Positions 61,682-64,000 of a stretch of 64,000 nt of DNA are shown here, one piece after another. Source of the DNA: Bacteroidales bacterium (GTDB lineage: Bacteria; Bacteroidota; Bacteroidia; Bacteroidales; VadinHA17). The stretch is taken from contig JALONT010000008.1 of the NCBI GenBank assembly GCA_025454795.1, positions 21,423 to 85,422 on the forward strand, given 5' to 3'. Below the pieces are notes generated by a model, which was not told the origin of the DNA, made no database searches, and saw only the letters and a program-made list of their open reading frames with translations. The translations under genes and the position numbers were made by a program. The first letter of the stretch is position 1. Every line of letters begins with the position of its first letter.

Positions 61682-62941
61682 ATGAAGATAAAGAATTATA
61701 TAAGCGGATTAGCTCTCTTTACGGCTATGGTTATGGTTTCCTGCGACAGGGAGCCAATGTTTCCGCCTGATCCGGTAGTTGATTATGTTACTATTGCCCA
61801 GCTCAGGAATATGTACAACGACGGAATTGTGACAATTGATACAAACATTTACATCCAGGGTATTATAACGCTGACTCCCGAATTCGGGAATATTCCTGAT
61901 TTTGTCGCATATATCCAGGACACGACCGCAGGAATATGCCTGACAATAACCGGTACAAACGCCCTGACAATGAACTCTGAAGTGAAGATACTCTGCCGGG
62001 GGATATCCTTCACCCTGTACAATGGCTTACTGCAATTCGGCGATATTGACCTTACAGCTAAACAGGTTGAACTTATAAAACTGACAGCTGAGGTACCTGA
62101 ACCTGTAAGTGTAACAATAGACGAGCTTCTGAATGGCGAGCACCAGGCTGAATATGTGTCAGTTACGGGTGTTCAGTTTGATGATCCCGGTACATTCTCT
62201 GGCGGTAAAGACCTTACAGACTGCAATTCAGTTGTTGAAGTTTATACAAGATCAGTTGCAACATTTTCCGGAACAGCTCTTCCTACAGGAAACGGAACTT
62301 TTAAAGGAATAGCTTCTGTTTTCTTTACAACACAACTTTTACTACGCGATCCTTCTGAACTGGATATGACAGGAGATATTTGCGGTGTACCATCGGTAAC
62401 CTACCTCTCACAGGATTTTAACACACTTTCGACAAATAACACAAATGTTACCTCTCTGACTGGATGGAAAACCTATTCTGAGGCAGGAACAAAAACATGG
62501 TTTAGCTACAAGACTAGTACCCTTGGACCATTTATTGAGACCACCGCCTATGGATCAGGTCAGCCATCTGTAATAACCTGGATGATTGCTCCCCAGATAG
62601 ATTTATCACCTGCAACCAACCCTTATATCAGTTTTGAGAGCGCTGACGGATACGATAACGGGGCAACTCTGGAGTTATTTGTTTCCACAGACTATAATGG
62701 TTCAGCTACGCCATGGACCAGCACATGGACAAAACTTAATTTTACATTACCTCCAAGTATTCCCCGAGGCACTTATCCAGCATTCAGTGCTTTTGTCTCA
62801 TCTGGGAAAATTGAATTGTCGGCTTATATTGGAAGTACTTTGTACATTGCATGGGTTTATAAGGGAGCTGATGTAACTCCCGATACAAATGATAAGACAA
62901 CTACCTGGGAAGTTGATAATGTTTTAATAGCAGAAGAATAA
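61682..62941 (+). CDS. DUF5689-type (OB-fold-like) lipoprotein, paralog of the preceding gene
   Basis: Lipobox MVMVSC. Motifs are collinear with the previous protein (YIQDTTAGICLTI, YNGLLQFGD, YVSVTGVQFDD, TQLLLRD, TGWKTYSEAGTKTWFS, WEVDNVLI). Confidence 0.6.
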   Translation: MKIKNYISGLALFTAMVMVSCDREPMFPPDPVVDYVTIAQLRNMYNDGIVTIDTNIYIQGIITLTPEFGNIPDFVAYIQDTTAGICLTITGTNALTMNSEVKILCRGISFTLYNGLLQFGDIDLTAKQVELIKLTAEVPEPVSVTIDELLNGEHQAEYVSVTGVQFDDPGTFSGGKDLTDCNSVVEVYTRSVATFSGTALPTGNGTFKGIASVFFTTQLLLRDPSELDMTGDICGVPSVTYLSQDFNTLSTNNTNVTSLTGWKTYSEAGTKTWFSYKTSTLGPFIETTAYGSGQPSVITWMIAPQIDLSPATNPYISFESADGYDNGATLELFVSTDYNGSATPWTSTWTKLNFTLPPSIPRGTYPAFSAFVSSGKIELSAYIGSTLYIAWVYKGADVTPDTNDKTTTWEVDNVLIAEE

Positions 62942-62944
62942 AGT

Positions 62945-64000
62945 ATGAACAGCAGAAAGACAAAATTTTCAATTCTGCTTTTACTCTCACTGTTCGGATC
63001 AATCATTCTTACAGCTCAACCGGCCGGTTATTATGATTCAGCATCCGGACTTACAGGCACAGCCCTGCAGCAGGCTATTCATGATATTATTAAAAATCAT
63101 ACCTCCAGAACCTATGATAATCTCTGGACCGATTTCCAGGTAACCGACAGGAAAGCCAATGGCAAGGTGTGGGATATGTACTCGGATTTACCATCAGGAA
63201 CTCCGGTGTACGAATTTATATTCATCACTAATCAATGTGGCAACTATGCAAAAGAAGGAGACTGTTACAACAGGGAGCATTCCTTCCCGAAGAGTTGGTT
63301 CGGAGGAGAGAAATATCCCATGTATTCAGATCTTTTTCATCTTTATCCTACTGACGGCTGGGTAAATAATAAGAGAGGAAATTCCCCTTTCGGGATAACT
63401 TCAAGTCCGACATGGACTTCAACCAATGGAAGTAAGGTGGGACCAAGCTCCTATACAGGCTACTCAGAAGATATATTTGAACCGATAAATGAATATAAAG
63501 GTGATTTTGCCAGGTCATATTTTTATATGGCTGTAAGGTATTACGGAGAAGATTCTTCATGGACCGGAAGCGATATGGTCGACGGGTCACAGCTAAAACC
63601 ATGGGCACTTAAAATGCTTATGGAATGGGACATAGCTGATCCCATAAGTACTAAAGAAACGGACCGTAATAATGCTGTTTATTCAATACAGGGTAACAGG
63701 AATCCGTTCATTGATAATCCAGCTTATGCGGCTCTGATCTGGGGAACACAAAGCGGAACGGAGGATGTGGCTAAACTTAAGGAAAGGATCAGGTTGTGGC
63801 CCAATCCGGTAAAAGACCTTGTTAATGTTGAACTGCCTGAAAGATTCCCGGGGCAATACAAGGTTAGTATAGCAGATGCAACCGGCCGGATAATTTATGA
63901 AAAATCAGTTTCTGGAAAACCGGTTACTCTTGATCTCTCAAATATGAGGGATGGTTTATATATAATGATAATCACAGATGACACTGATGTTATTACAACA
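62945..64000 (+). CDS. endonuclease I family extracellular nuclease with T9SS C-terminal sorting domain (3' end outside the window)
   Basis: This ORF is not in the track because it has no stop within the window. My translation from the ATG at 62945 is open for 352 codons. It contains NREHSFPKSWFGG, PMYSDLFHLYPTDGWVNNKRGN, and NRNPFIDNP, followed by LWPNPVKDLVNVEL...DGLYIMIITD (type A CTD). Confidence 0.8.
   Translation, partial: MNSRKTKFSILLLLSLFGSIILTAQPAGYYDSASGLTGTALQQAIHDIIKNHTSRTYDNLWTDFQVTDRKANGKVWDMYSDLPSGTPVYEFIFITNQCGNYAKEGDCYNREHSFPKSWFGGEKYPMYSDLFHLYPTDGWVNNKRGNSPFGITSSPTWTSTNGSKVGPSSYTGYSEDIFEPINEYKGDFARSYFYMAVRYYGEDSSWTGSDMVDGSQLKPWALKMLMEWDIADPISTKETDRNNAVYSIQGNRNPFIDNPAYAALIWGTQSGTEDVAKLKERIRLWPNPVKDLVNVELPERFPGQYKVSIADATGRIIYEKSVSGKPVTLDLSNMRDGLYIMIITDDTDVITT

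Noticed and set aside
63159-63608. Two short ORFs (63159-63365 plus strand, 63348-63608 minus strand) listed in the track near the window end
   Set aside because: Both are overlapped by the 352-codon open frame from 62945 that encodes a clear endonuclease I domain. That frame is missing from the track only because it has no stop inside the window.
1-64000. tRNA, rRNA, tmRNA or riboswitch genes in the intergenic gaps
   Set aside because: All gaps are shorter than about 290 bp. None shows a cloverleaf-compatible layout with the conserved T-loop GTTCRANNC, or any motif I recognise. The GC-rich hairpins are simple palindromes. A covariance-model scan was not possible, so absence is not proven.

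Overview
This is a 64-kb chromosomal segment from a low-GC Bacteroidota genome. The assignment rests on the T9SS/gliding genes gldJ-porP/sprF-porU-porV, T9SS C-terminal sorting domains on several proteins, and TAnnTTTG-type -7 boxes. I count about 47 densely packed protein-coding genes. Most are housekeeping: folC, mtaB, murF, ispF, hutU, alaS, recR, rlmN, Nif3, an E2 acyltransferase, M23 peptidases, glycosyltransferases and an M3 peptidase. I found no rRNA, tRNA, CRISPR, transposase, integrase, prophage or recognisable defence genes. Products were called from motifs read in the supplied translations, not from database searches. Several ORF-track starts were moved to internal ATGs where the track start was a TTG/GTG or ran into a neighbouring gene or repeat. 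Two gene blocks stand out. (1) At 38.9-47.7 kb, four tandem paralogs share a signal peptide, a TPR-like module and a PD40/TolB-type propeller but carry different C-terminal envelope-anchoring modules (TM anchor, none, SPOR, OmpA plus two SPOR). This may be an uncharacterised envelope-spanning or division-associated module. (2) At 52.8-64 kb, a locus combines T9SS-secreted and lipoprotein nucleases, OB-fold-like (DUF5689-type) lipoproteins and a TonB-dependent-receptor-like barrel, consistent with extracellular nucleic-acid capture and uptake. The non-coding DNA is also unusual. It contains two heptanucleotide tandem arrays placed directly at gene starts, a CTCTGTG/CACAGAG palindromic array, a roughly 200-bp five-hairpin GC-rich element, and a recurring TCCCGC-N4-GCGGGACAGG hairpin at three loci.
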